Source of the DNA: Octopus vulgaris
Lineage: Eukaryota
Length of the DNA stretch: 64,000 bases
Assembly (NCBI GenBank): GCA_951406725.2
Contig: OX597833.1
Span: 57,536,001 to 57,600,000, forward strand
Direction of reading: 5' to 3'
The position numbers and the translations under genes were made by a program. Below are positions 37,050 to 50,710 of this stretch, one piece after another (the stretch's first letter is position 1; every line of letters starts with the position of its first letter). The notes below the pieces were generated by a model, which did no database searches, was not told the DNA's origin, and saw nothing but the letters and a program-made list of their open reading frames with translations.

Positions 37050-37580
37050 CTGGCAAACAAAAGGGACAACGTAGATTTCGTCATGCCAGCTTTAGTATTT
37101 TAGATTTGACATTTTTCGATTAATAGAAAGGAAATAACTTTAGTAATTTCCTCTTTGTAATAATTTTAGTAGGGAATAAAAGGGGATTCATAAACCCCGT
37201 TTGTTGCCTATTAATAATACAGCTCGTGATCATCAGGCTGGCAGACCACCCCCCTCGTCTTATAATACCCCAATTTATTTATTTATTTATTTATTTATAA
37301 ATTAGGTTTTCATTCGTTCATTGGGGACCTGCTCCTCATCAAAAACATTTTGAATCACAAAAGTAATGCTCATGTGAGCGTGACTGTGACTGTTTGTGGG
37401 GGTGTACGTGTGTATGTGTGCGCGTGCGCGCATGCGTCAGTACCACGTGTTGCAATGCTTCCATTGTTCCTCTCGATAATTTGTGTCAGTTCTCTCCCCT
37501 CTCATTTTCTCTGCCTTTCATTACAATATAGCTATCTATCTACCGTGCATACATTCACATACTCACACACACATTTGTGC

Positions 37581-37628
<48 letters not shown>

Positions 37629-37671
37629 GTATATGTATATTATATGATATATATATATATATATATATATA

Positions 37672-37897
37672 TAGGGAGAGTTTACGGAAAAAAACAAAAG
37701 ACCAAGACAGGTGGTTTATAAAACAAACTGATGTATTGGTATAACGCCCAGGAATAGAAAAAGTCTTTTATGTTTCGAGCCTACGCTCTTCTACAGAAAG
37801 AGACACAGAAAAAACAACGACAGAAACAAGGAGAGAAAAAAGGAGAGAAAAAAGGAGAGAAAAAAGGAGAGAAAAAGGAGAGAAGGAAAAGAGAGAA
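37672..37897 (-). mobile_element. Penelope-like terminal fragment within (TA)n
   Basis: Minus strand 37801-37764 reads TCTTT CTGTAGA A GAGC gtag GCTC GAAA CA T A AAAGA. Confidence 0.6.
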
Positions 37898-37911
37898 TAT
37901 ATATATATATA

Positions 37912-38136
37912 TTGGGTTGTCCGGAAAGTTCGTGCCGATTTTTAAATGAAAGAAAAAGGCCAATAAATACTAGCCATTGCATTTTTAATAAACCAAATAT
38001 GAACCATTTTGTTACACAATGCGTCTCCATCTTTCCTTTAACTTGATAATACCCTCTTCCCAGAATTGAGATGCCTGGGAGGGTAAGTCGAAAGGTTAGC
38101 TACTATAAATCGGCACGAACTTTCCGGACGACCCAA
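37912..38136 (-). mobile_element. Mariner MITE (225 bp)
   Basis: 30-bp TIRs ttgggt(t/c)gtccggaaagttcgtgccgattt; TA flanks; internal FWEEGIIKLKERWRRIV remnant. Confidence 0.92.
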
Positions 38137-38229
38137 TATATTTATATTTATATATATATATATATAAATGGCGGTGCCCCAGCATGGCCACAGCTCATTA
38201 GCTGAAACTGGAAAAATCAAAATCAAAAT

Positions 38230-38266
<37 letters not shown>

Positions 38267-38293
38267 TGTGTGTGTGTGCGTGTGTGTGTGTGT

Positions 38294-38663
38294 GTGGAGG
38301 TGCAATGGACTAGTGGTTAGAGCTGTCGTAGGATCACGGTTTCGATTTCCAGACCGAGCGTTGTGAATGTTTATTGAGCGAAAACACCCAAAGCTCCACG
38401 AGGTTCCGGCAGGGGTGGGGTGGCGAACACTGTTGTACTCTTTCACCACAACTTTCTCTCACTCTTTCTTCCTGTTACTGTTGTACCTGTATTTCAAAGG
38501 GCTAGCCTTGTCACACTCTGTGTCACGCTGAATCTCCCCGAGGACTACGTTAAGGGTAACGTGTCTGTAGAGTGCTCAGCCACTTGCACGTTAATTTCAC
38601 GAGCAGGCTGTTCTGTTGATTGGATCAATTGGAACCCTCATCGCCGTAACCGATGGAGTGCCA
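38294..38663 (+). mobile_element. SINE C, tail type iii
   Basis: Tail ...ggatcaattggaaccctcatcgccgtaaccgatggagtgcca; the same tail occurs at 56984-57337 and as a fragment near 1300-1360. Confidence 0.9.
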
Positions 38664-38809
38664 CGATATATATATATATATATATATATACATACATACA
38701 CATACAGTATATATATACGCACATACATGAATACATATGTAGGTACATATATATGTATATACAGACAGACACATATACATACGTACACATATATACATAT
38801 ACATATTCA

Positions 38810-39773
38810 GGATCTTTTCAATTGTGTGGCCAGGAGCCCAGATCTTTCTACTTAACTAAATAATTTGAAACTTCGTATGCTGGTACAGTGTTTCAAAACA
38901 AGACACAGGTTGGAACTAGTTTATTTGAGAAAAATCTATTTTATGACTTTAATCGTAGATTAAAACTGCGAATTTTAACCAATGAGATTGCTTGTTTTCA
39001 TATTTAATACGTTACTGCATTCTGTTAGTGTGACGTAGAAAGCAGTTTTGTGACGTAGGCAACTGTGCACATTTGAGACTACACACATACATACATACAT
39101 ACATAGATACATACACACACACATACAGATACACATACACCGAGTATTCACTCGAAAAAACTAAACACTGAATCGGCCATACATACATACATACACACAC
39201 ACACATACATACACACACATATACACACACACACATACACATACATAGATACATACACACACACACACATGCACACACATACATACAGATACACATACAC
39301 CGAGTATTCACTCGAAAAAACTAAACACCGAATCGGCCATACATACATACATACATACATACACACACATACATACACACACATACATACACACACATAC
39401 ACACACACACACATAGATACATACACACATACATACATACATTCATACATACATACATTCATACATATACACATACACCGAGTAAAAAATTTCATCGTTA
39501 TTGTTTTGTTTACATTTGTTTACATACCAGATGTTTACTACGTCACCAAATTGGTGGTCGAGACGGAGTAAATAATATGAAGCCGAAAGACGGAATACCA
39601 TTGGTTAAAATTCTAATTATTAAACAATGTTAAACTTAGAAGTTACAATTCCGTTTTCATTCTGGTTTACAATTAAGTTTACTTTTGACACATTCTACCA
39701 GTATACGAAGTTTCAAATTGTTTGGTTCAGTAGGAAAAATTTGGAAAAACTGGCTTCACAAATGAAAAGATCC
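38810..39773. mobile_element. Merlin-like MITE with long TIRs
   Basis: ggatcttttca.. / ..tgaaaagatcc ends, about 90 bp of inverted similarity, perfect 8-bp TSD catattca (38802-38809, 39774-39781). Confidence 0.88.
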
Positions 39774-39933
39774 CATATTCATATATATATAGATAGATGT
39801 GTGTGTGTGCGTGTGTGTGTGTGCGTGCGTGTGCATGCGTGTGTAGAAGCATTATGACCGAATGGTTAAGAACTTCGCTTTGCATCCACAAGATCTCCCT
39901 GGTTTTAGTTCAATACTTGACAACTCGTGAAAA

Positions 39934-39975
39934 TAACACACATGTTTCGATTTTCTTAATCCTCCTCAGTGAAGT
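39934..39975 (-). ncRNA. Degenerate minimal hammerhead motif
   Basis: CTGAGGA G GATT aagaa AATC GAAA CATG T G; stem I is weak and position 17 is G. Confidence 0.4.
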
Positions 39976-40515
39976 ATAATCTATTCAGTTGACAATGTGA
40001 CGAATGGTGAAAATACATAGATAGAAGGATTAGAGCTACGTCGATTATGAATATCAACAATTATGTATATTTTCACATTTTGCTAACCTAACTCCCTTTT
40101 TCCCTCCCGTTCATTCTCTCTGTCTTTCTGTCTCAATCTTTTCTTTCTATCTTCGTTTCTGTCTGTCTGCTTGCCCGTCGGCTTGTCTGTCTTTCTGTCT
40201 CCTCCTTCTAGCTCTGTTACTCTCACTGCCTGTCTTTCTTCGTTTCTTTCTCTTTTATACACAGCGTACATAGAAGCTTTGATCTCTTCTTTCAACGGAA
40301 AATACTTCTCTGTTTGACCACCCCGCAAGTCAGATTCCATCTTTTTCTCCCCCTCACACTTTGACTCACTTTCATTCATTCTTTAACACCTCACTCGACA
40401 TCTAAACGTCCTTACAAACAACAAACTTAGCGCCGTTAGATTCAATTAACATTAGACGCCTTTCTTAGCTCGACTTACTTCTTTCTCTGTCTTCCTCGCT
40501 CTCTGTTTCCTTTTT

Positions 40516-40602
<87 letters not shown>

Positions 40603-41647
40603 GTCTGTCTGTCTTTCCATCCAGCTTTCCAGCCATCCAGCCATCCATCCCTGCTTTCACCTAATAGAATAAGCATGATGATAGAAGCCAGACTGTTGTC
40701 ATAGTTGCTGTGTTTTGGTGTCCCTTCCTCCACACCTTATAACATCTCGAACTCCGCTCCGCTAAACTTCACTCGAAAACAAGGAAGCAATTGAATGAAA
40801 GAAAGGAAACAAGTACATCTGCGTTTGTTTAGACGAGAACTTCAGTTTATAAAACGCCGGTTGTTTGAAAACATCTGTGAAAAATTTAGCCATTGTAGAG
40901 AGATAGATGTGTGGAAAACTTTTCAGCCATGTTTCCCTTTTGCAGACGATACAAATGCGCGCGTGCGCGCATGTGTGTGCTTGTCTACGTGTGTGTGTGT
41001 GTGCGCGCATGGGTGTGAGTGTGTGTGTAAGTATATAAGTGTTTGTGAATATGTTAAGTGATAAAGGAATTTCTGTGTGAATGGTACATATTTAGTTCTT
41101 TTGGCTGTACATGCCATGCACGTCTGCTTGTCTAAGTGCACATGATGTATGTATGTCTCTGTCTGTGTATATATGATAAAACTTACTCAGTTTTAGTTAT
41201 ATATGTGACTATGAGCATGTGTATACGTGTGCATGAGTGAGTATGTGTGTGTGTGTGTGCATGAGACTATGTATATATATGTGGATGTTTCTATCTATAT
41301 GTGTGTGTGAGTTTGTTTGCGTGGTTAGAATAAAATACTAGAAAACTGGATATTTTGGGAAATTGCAAGTAAGCGTGTCCATATTTTTGATTCGTTCTAC
41401 ACACTCCCATCTATTCTCTCTTCTTCCTCCCCCCTTTCTCTCCCAACTCTCTCTAAGTCATCATAAACATTTAAACAGATACTAACACAAGCAACTGTGT
41501 ATATTTGTGCGTGAGTCAAAAATTCTAATGAAGCATTCTCAATTAAATAGATGCATATGTGCTACACACTGATATACTGAATATCTGAGTACTTGTACAT
41601 TCGTGTGCGTGCGTGTATATATATATATGTGTGTGTGTGTATGTATA

Positions 41648-42361
41648 TCTTTATATATATATATAAAACTGAGAATGTCTGTCTGTTTCCCTAAAACTTG
41701 AGAACTACACAACCAATTTCATTCAAATTTTACACATGCCTTACTTAGGGTCCATGTAGTTTCATGGGCAAAAAAAAATTCAACTTCTTGCCTAGAGCGA
41801 GCCCATAGCAATATCATATCTTCTCCACTATTTCAGTATTACGTGTTAAAAGTGAAACAAAAATATTTCTCTATTTATGTCAGATGCTTTCACTTTAACA
41901 ATAAAAATAATAATAACAATTGAATTATATGTAGTAAATAATAATTAAAATCAAACTAAAGTATAATATAATCGTAACATAACAAAAACTAAAAAATAGC
42001 AATTGGTATAAAATTGCATCAATGATTTGAACTTGAGTAAGTGGTTTCACATGAATGGGAATAAATTAAAAATGAAATTAGCGTGCAGAAATGGAATAGT
42101 CCAGATGGATAATAAAAAATTAAATTAAAGAAAAGACTATTGTCTATAAAGTATACAATGTAGAAAAAAAAAAAAAGAAGAGCTAACAATTCCAGTCTGT
42201 TATATATTTTGAGTATTGTTATCACTAGCGATATCAAGATATAACTTTGTATTTTACATTTTATGTGTAGATGTATATATATAGATGTACATGTTATATG
42301 TACACATATATATACACATGCACTAGCACTATACTCGGCAACGACGGGTCCTTAATGCTAG
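41648..42361 (+). mobile_element. Non-autonomous Helitron
   Basis: A|TC 5' end, degenerate hairpin actcggcaacgacgggt (42333-42349), CTAG|T 3' end. Confidence 0.8.
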
Positions 42362-42517
42362 TATATCTATATATATATATATATATATATATTCAGATGA
42401 ATATGGTACTTAAGTTGAGGCACCCAAATTTAGTACGGTATCATCCATACAATTCCAAAGTAAAGTGATTAAAATCAAAATAAGCAACGAATTAAATATG
42501 TAAACAACGAGAAAAAA

Positions 42518-42666
42518 GGACAAGTAAACACAGAGGAAGGACCCTTCATCAGTTGTTGGTTGTCTATCGACTCCTCATTTCGAGTATTCAACGATCACCT
42601 TCGAAACGTAGAGTTGATGAAACCATAGCGACTGAAGAAGGGGTTTTTTCTTTGTGTTAATTGTCC
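42518..42666. repeat. Back-to-back diverged inverted pair of Penelope-like fragments
   Basis: Arms 42518-42583 and 42601-42666 both read tcgaaa-N25-ctga(t/a)gaaggg..tgtgtt..ttgtcc. Confidence 0.65.
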
Positions 42667-42845
42667 TGTACTCTATTTTTTTGTTGTATAAAAAAATGTC
42701 CAGTTCCTTGGGTTTGTGTCTATGTTTTCGTTTCTCATTGTGTTCGACGTCCTTTTTGGTGTCCTGTACTCATATATGCGTGTATATGTACATGTAGAGG
42801 TAGGTACGTACATATATGTTTATATATATGCATATGTTTTATTTA

Positions 42846-42958
<113 letters not shown>

Positions 42959-42984
42959 TCCATCATGTTAAACCGTTAATCCTA

Positions 42985-43160
42985 ACACACATTTTCTCTT
43001 TTCGGTTTTTTCTTTCTCACACCATTTTCTCCCTCACATTTCCTTCTGTCGCAGAGCGTAGGCTCGAAATGTCAAAAACTTTTCCATTCCTCCTGATAAT
43101 CAAATTAATACACACCCTTGTTGTTTACTCATTAGCTTTTGTTTTCTGTAGATTTGAGCT
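42985..43160 (+). mobile_element. Penelope-like terminal fragment
   Basis: ctgtcgcagagcgtaggctcgaaatgtc; homologous to 7583-7757. Confidence 0.55.
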
Positions 43161-43239
43161 ACACACACGCATTATATATATAGCTAGCTAGATAATTAAA
43201 TACATATCGGTCTCTCTATATCAATCTCACCTGTCTTTA

Positions 43240-43422
<183 letters not shown>

Positions 43423-44265
43423 ATCTCAATCTTCCTCTCTTTTTTTTCTCATTCTATGTATCTATATAACAACCTCTCCTTATTTCTGTCTATCTTTCCA
43501 TCTATATCTGTCTCTGTGTCTGTCTCGCTTCGTCTAAACACGCACACACGCACACACGCACACACACACACACACACACACAAAGTCGATCTTACCAAAC
43601 TTGGAAAGTCTGTGAAGGTCATAGAAACCGATCCTTCTTCTTTAAACCAATCTAATAACATACACACACACACACACACACACACGCATACATAGACATG
43701 CGAATACACACACGCCATGTCTAAATTCTCATATACGCACAGTCACACACCCACACGTAAACATGCATACACACGCATACACACAATACATTTACACAGA
43801 TACACGTACGTACACACGAACAAGCAACAGGTGGAATCTATCTGTAACGTTCTATTCCATCCGTTTAAATATTAGAACCAAATGCTTGTTTAAGCTTCTT
43901 GTGTCCCTCAATATGAAGAATTTCATTTTTAAGACACATTATTGGGGTTGTTCGGGGGGTTAGCAGGGGAAACATTTGTCTGGAAAAGCTTTCGCTTTGA
44001 GCCCTTTTGCCTACCCCCACCCCCGCCCCACTTGATTTACTATTTTCTGTAAAGGGGTGTATGCATGTTGATGTAAGTGCGTGTATATGGATGTGTATGT
44101 GCGTATGTGTGTGCATGTGTGTGTGCGTATGCGTGTGCATGTGTGTGTGCGTGTGCCTGTGTATGTATGTATGCTTTTATGTGTGTATGTATGTCTGTAT
44201 GTATATAAATACACCCTCGCATACATGTATGTGAATATATGAGCATAAAGAAATAAACGTATTTG

Positions 44266-44307
<42 letters not shown>

Positions 44308-44369
44308 TATATGTGTGTGTGTGTGTATGTATATATATGTATATATATGTATATATGTATATATATGTA

Positions 44370-44453
<84 letters not shown>

Positions 44454-44602
44454 CATACATATATATATGTATATATGTATATATATGTGTGTGTGCATGT
44501 ATATGTATATATGTATGTGTGTATATATACACGTGTGCACGTATACGTGGGATATGTATGTATATACAGTGAACACATTTTCCGTTCAAATAGGAATTAA
44601 AA

Positions 44603-44668
<66 letters not shown>

Positions 44669-45098
44669 ACACACATGCTCACACACACACACACACAAAG
44701 CAGAAACAGTATCTCTGTATATATAACTGTCTAATCATTTAGCTATCTATTATTTCTCAGCCATGTGGTATCTATACACACACACGTACAAACACACACA
44801 CACACACACACCCTCTCTCTCTCTTTCTCTCTCTCCCACACACACACACACACACACATACATACACATGTGCGCACGTGCGTGTGTTATTACTATTATA
44901 TATTCTACAATTAATTTACCTATTTTCATTCTAATTAATAGGTTGTATTCTCCTGCACAATTATCTCCACACATGCTTACATACATACATACATATTAAG
45001 ATACCTATATACATGCATGTATGTACACATACGCACATACATACACATATTCCATCCTGACACGTACATCCATATGCACACATTGACACACGCTATCA

Positions 45099-45133
<35 letters not shown>

Positions 45134-45484
45134 TCCCATTCTCCCTCTGTCTCTCTGTCTCTCTGTCTCTCTGTCTCTCTGTCTCTCTTTCTCTCTCTTT
45201 CCCAAAAGGAAACCTCCAATCTGCTCGATATTACACCAAAGATCGCTTCACTCTCTCTCTCTCTCTCTCCTTTGTTCGTCTGTCTGTTCCCCTCTCCCTC
45301 TCTCTTTCGGCTCTTACTATCTCTCTACTCACACCGTCTCTCTTCTTCCCTCCCTCATCATTCTTCGTCTTTACATCCGATTCCCTTTACCACCACCACC
45401 ACCACCATCACCAACTCCAACATCTCCACTACAAGCATCAGAACCTCCCCACCACCGCTACTAACGTATCTCACCTCACAATCC

Positions 45485-45850
45485 CTTCTCCTCCTCTTCT
45501 TCTTCTTCTTCTTCTTCTTCTTCTTCTTCTTCTTCTTCTTCTTCCTCCTCTTCTTCCTTCTCTTCCTCCTCCTGCTCTTCCTCCTCCTCCCCTTCCTCCC
45601 CTTCCTTTTCCTCCTCCTGCCCCTCCTCCTCTCTCCGCCTCGTCCTCCTCGTCCTCCTCTTCCTCCTCCCTCTTCCTCCCCTTCCTCCTCCTCTCTCCTC
45701 CTCCTCCTCCTCCTCCTCCCTCTTCCTCCTCCTGCCCCTCCTCCTCTCTCCGCCTCTTCCTCTCCTCCTCCTCCTCCTCCCCCATCCTCTTCCTCCTCCT
45801 GCCCCTCCTCCTGCCCCTCCTCCCCTCCTCCCCCCTCCTCCTCCCTCTTC
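45485..45850. repeat. Polypyrimidine (CTT)n/(CCT)n tract
   Basis: Directly visible. Confidence 0.95.
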
Positions 45851-46323
45851 GTTCACCACCAACACCATCGTCTCTCCTCTTTCCTCCGAAGATCAAACTG
45901 AACCACGACAATCCCAGTTGAATTCATCTCGTAAACAAGATTTGCCAATTACTATTTTCCACTCAAGCTATTAATAAGCTCCACATCTTCCCTCACTGTC
46001 CACCAACACACACACACACACACACACACACGAACGCGATCACTTCATCTGCACCCAATTAGTAAATATTGGGTAGTTGAAGACGCATCTTTTATCCTTG
46101 ACTATTTTTCCAGTCCTGAAGGAAGGTTTAGTCGAAAGAGTATTTATTTTTTTGAAGCCCATCGGACACCATTTGTCGAACGATTAAGTTACGGGAATGT
46201 AAAAGAACCAATACCGAATTTGAAGCGTTATTGGTGCCGGTGGTGGTGGTATTGGAGGTGGTGGGGCACGAACACATACAACGACACCCTATTCCGACGT
46301 TTACATCCGAGTAGGGGGAATTA

Positions 46324-46812
46324 TTCCATGGAAGGTTCCTGGAAGGCTCCAACGAGGTGAGGAAATACTTACTGGAAAGTTGCGAGGGACTTCCTGGAAA
46401 GTTACGAGGGTGTGAGGATTTCCTGGAAGTTCCGAGGATTTGAGGACTTCCTAGAAAATTCCGAGGATATTGACTTTCTGGAAAGTACCGATGATTGGCA
46501 CTTTCTGGAAAGTTCCGAGGATGGGAACGTCCTGGAACGCTCCGAAGGACGGACACTCCCTGGAAAGTTCCGAGGATTGGAACATCATAGAAAATTCTGA
46601 GGACTGGGATTTCCTGGAGAGCTCCGAGGACTGGGACTTCCTGGAAAATTCCAAGGGTGTCATTGGAAGTTCCGAGGATGGGGGAATTGCTGGAAAATTC
46701 CGAGGACTGGGAGTCCCTGGAAAGTTCTGAGGGTTTCATGGAAAGTTCCGATGATTTAATAGAAAGTTCCGAAGATGGGACTTCCTGGAAAGTTCCGAGG
46801 ATCGGACTGGAA
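46324..46812. repeat. Degenerate minisatellite of about 27-bp period (roughly 17 units), consensus ttcctggaaagttccgaggactgggac
   Basis: Directly visible periodicity of tggaaagttccgagga. Confidence 0.9.
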
Positions 46813-46992
46813 GTCACATGCATGAATGTATGTATTATGTATTATGTATGTATGTATGTATGTATGAATGAACACACACACATGTTATAATCCCGCACAC
46901 ATACACACCTATTATAACATAAAATACACACATATATACACAGCTGATTCGTACATATGACAAAATAATATTAAATTGATATCTCACGGATG

Positions 46993-47311
46993 TATCAGGT
47001 CATTAAGAATAAAATGTCAGATTTTGAACTGAAAGTTTATTTTTCTTCATCTCAACAAAAAGCAATGCAGCTAATCAAAGTACGTACCTACATTATCAAC
47101 ACAATTTTGCCATTTTATCGGTAGCTAATTTATGCTGGCAGCAACGAGTTCGAGCAAGAGGTGATGAAATCACGAAAGGCTGTTTTAGCATCTTCTTCAG
47201 CTTTGAAGTTTTTCCTTGCAAAAAGTTGTCTAATGCCTGGAAAAACGTGATAGACAGTTGGTGCAAGGTCTGGCGAATATGGTGGATGACAGAGTACTTC
47301 CAAAGTAACAG
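46993..47311 (-). pseudogene. 3' fragment of a second mariner transposase
   Basis: LEVLCHPPYSPDLAPTVYHVF motif; frameshifted; truncated by a (CATA)n tract. Confidence 0.85.
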
Positions 47312-47712
47312 AGTACATACATGCATGCATACATACATACATGCCTGCAATGCATACATGCATACATACACCCATACATAATACATACAAGCATGCATGC
47401 ATACATACATGCATGCATACATACATGCATGCATACATACATGTATGCATGCATACATACATACATACATACATACATGCATACACACATACATACATAC
47501 ATACATGCATACACACATACATACATACATACATGCATGCATACATACATACATGCATGCATGCATACATACATTTATGCATGCATGCATACATACATAC
47601 ATCCATGCAATGCATATATACCTGTAAACATGCATACATACATGCATGCATGTATGCATACATACACTCATATATAATACATACATACATACATATTTAC
47701 ATACATACATAG

Positions 47713-48120
47713 AAAGAGAGCATTTATGACGAATTAATACTGGACATACAGCTCTCGCACACTGACTAGGAGTTATCATTTGTATCTACCATCAAAGATA
47801 CATTAAGTTATGTACCTCCAAATTTGCACAAAAGCCTAGAAATACACGCCTTCACGGGAAGAGAACAAAAGAAACTGACGCGGATTCTTCAAATCCAATC
47901 TGTTTGTGGCACAGTGAAGATTTCTAAGACAATTTCAAAAATTCTGTGTCTGAAATTGTTATGTGAATGGATGCACGCCCTTGGGTGTACGCATCGACTG
48001 TTCAACTAACACACCAACTCGACCACATATTTACAAACACCAGGAGCTCTCTTAGCTCAAAATGTCTTGTGGCTTTGTTAGCGACCGGATAGAACTCTCT
48101 CAAGAAGAACTTGAATTAAA
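47713..48120 (+). pseudogene. Decayed 3' end of an R4/Dong-like RLE non-LTR retrotransposon embedded in (CATA)n
   Basis: KESIYDELI..*..LSYVPPNLHKSLE..KKLTRILQIQSVCGTVKISKT resembles the C-terminus that follows the restriction-like endonuclease core; in-frame stop. Confidence 0.65.
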
Positions 48121-48422
48121 CATACATACATGCATGCGTGCGTACATACGTACGTACATAATGCATGCGTACATACGTACGTACGTACGTACATGCATGC
48201 GTACATACATACATACATACATACATACATACATACATACATACATACGTACGTACATACATACATACATGCATACATACATACATACATACATACGTAC
48301 GTACGTACATACATACATACGTACGTACGTACATAACCTTGCTACTAAGTAGGTGGCCGATCAAAGTTTACTCTAAATTAAAAAGAGAAATAGAAGATTA
48401 AGCATACATACAATTAGACATA

Positions 48423-48476
<54 letters not shown>

Positions 48477-48740
48477 TGTCCCTCCTGATCATTCTCTCTA
48501 TATCTCTTTCATCCATTCTCTCTCTGTTTATATATATGTTTTTGTGTGAGTATGTACACGCAACAACGCGCGCGCGTGCAACACACACACACACACACAA
48601 ACACAGACACACATTCCCAACCGACAGCAACTCCTGCGACGATGCTTAAACGACTGCACGTGTAACAAAAACAGTAAGTCAGAGAAAATTTTCTTTGTTT
48701 AAAATTCCTTACTAATAAAAAAACAACATATTAAAACCCT

Positions 48741-48870
48741 TAAGTCAACACCCGGTCCTCAATGAACCCACCACAGCACGACGCCAGGGGTATTTAACTG
48801 GGTTATCTAATCCCAGTGGTTATACACCCCTAAAGGGACATTTCTTCTTCAAACGGTTCAAATCTTTTCC
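48741..48870. promoter_or_regulatory. Candidate cis-regulatory module, copy 1
   Basis: Shares taagtcaaca and an identical 27-mer (48788-48814) with 52698-52825. Confidence 0.4.
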
Positions 48871-49058
48871 ATCCTGTCGCCCTCCTCCCCATCACATCTT
48901 GATCCGTACCATGTTGTCGTCTGCCAGGCTTAGTTAATTACGAAAAACTTGATTGAGGAGTTTTTAAAAAAAAAAAAAAAAAAAAATTCTAATATGTTTC
49001 AGTTAATATATTTCCGGTAATCAAGTAATCAATAAAAATAAACATGTATTGATGGACA

Positions 49059-49117
<59 letters not shown>

Positions 49118-49205
49118 TCACACACATGCATATATAGACACACACACACACTCAAACGCATGTCATATGTATACATACTCGCACACATATTTAGACTTAT
49201 GTGTT

Positions 49206-49265
<60 letters not shown>

Positions 49266-49316
49266 TGTATATGTATATATACACATACATACGTACATAC
49301 ATACAAATGTACATAT

Positions 49317-49734
49317 AGGCGCAGGAGTGGCTGTGTGGTAAGTAGCTTGTTTACCAACCACATGGTTCCGGGTTCAGTCCCACTGCGTGGTACCTTGGGC
49401 AAGTGTCTTCTTCTATAGCCTCGGGCCGACCAAAGCCTTGTGAGTGGATTTGGTAGACGGAAACTGAAAGAAGCCCGTCGTATATATGTATATATATATA
49501 TATGCGTGTGTGTGTTTGTGTCTGTGTTTGTCCCCCTAGCATTGCTTGACAACCGATGCTGGTGTGTTTATGTCCCCATTACTTAGTGGTTCGGCAAAAA
49601 AGAGACCGATAGAATAAGTACTGGGCTTACAAAAGAATAAGTCCCGGGGTCGAGTTGCTCGATTAAAGGCGGTGCTCCAGCATGGCCGCAGTCAAAATTA
49701 CTGAAACAAGTAAAAGAGTAAAAGAGTAAAGAGT
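49317..49734 (+). mobile_element. SINE B
   Basis: Colinear with the other B copies. Confidence 0.92.
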
Positions 49735-49791
49735 ATATATACTTATATATTAAATGTGTATATATATACACATCTATTTACTTATCTTTAC

Positions 49792-49863
<72 letters not shown>

Positions 49864-49892
49864 GTCTATCTATCTGTCTGTCTGTCTATCTA

Positions 49893-49925
<33 letters not shown>

Positions 49926-50145
49926 GGTTGGCAAGCAAACTTCTTACCACACAGCCACTCCTGCCCCCGATATTTGCTATCTTTGAACAACTTATTGAGA
50001 CACATAATACGTAACTCTATACATTTATTAAAGCAAAATTTATTCATAAATTGATTTGAGTGGAACTTCAAATTTCGTCTTTTACGGCTTATTCAGCAAA
50101 TGACAGACAGACAGATAGATGAATTAGATAGGTAGATAGATAGAT

Positions 50146-50710
50146 ATGTTTCTTTATTAGCCACACAGGGTTGAACACAGACTGGACAAATTACAAAGTA
50201 GAGCTTTCCTTTTTGGGGAGGAAAAAAAAAAGAAAAAAGTGGGGTAGGTTTTCGATCAAAAGGGATCGTAAAAAGGAAAAACAAAAAACAAAAATGAAAA
50301 AACAACAACAACAAAAAACGAAAAGAAAAAAAGAAAAACCTCCGATCAATAGGGATCTGTTTCTTTACTACCCACAAGGGGCCAAACATAGAGGGGACAA
50401 ACAAGGACAGACAAACGGATCAACTCGATTACATCGACCCCAGTGCGTAACTGGTACTTAATTTACCGACCCCGAAAGGATGAAAGGCAAAGTCGACCTC
50501 GGCGGAATTTGAACTCAGAACGTAACGGTAGACGAAATACGGCTACGCATTTCGCCCGGCGTGCTAACGTTTCTGCCAGCTCGCCGTCCGATCAATAGGG
50601 ATCATGTATCACAGAAATGTCATGATGTAAAGTGTAAAGGGGGAAGCAGATAAGGTTTATCCGTGGAAAGAAAAGCCTACGGAAACGACCACTGTAACCT
50701 CGGTCATTAA
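50146..50710 (-). mobile_element. Probable LINE 3' UTR with a nested SINE A (50358-50586)
   Basis: 17-bp TSD tccgatcaatagggatc (50341-50357, 50587-50603); the host 3' end resembles the SINE A tail. Confidence 0.7.

Noticed and set aside
46324-46812. CRISPR array or repeat-protein gene
   Set aside because: Contiguous degenerate units without unique spacers, no cas genes, eukaryotic context; unit indels shift the reading frames.
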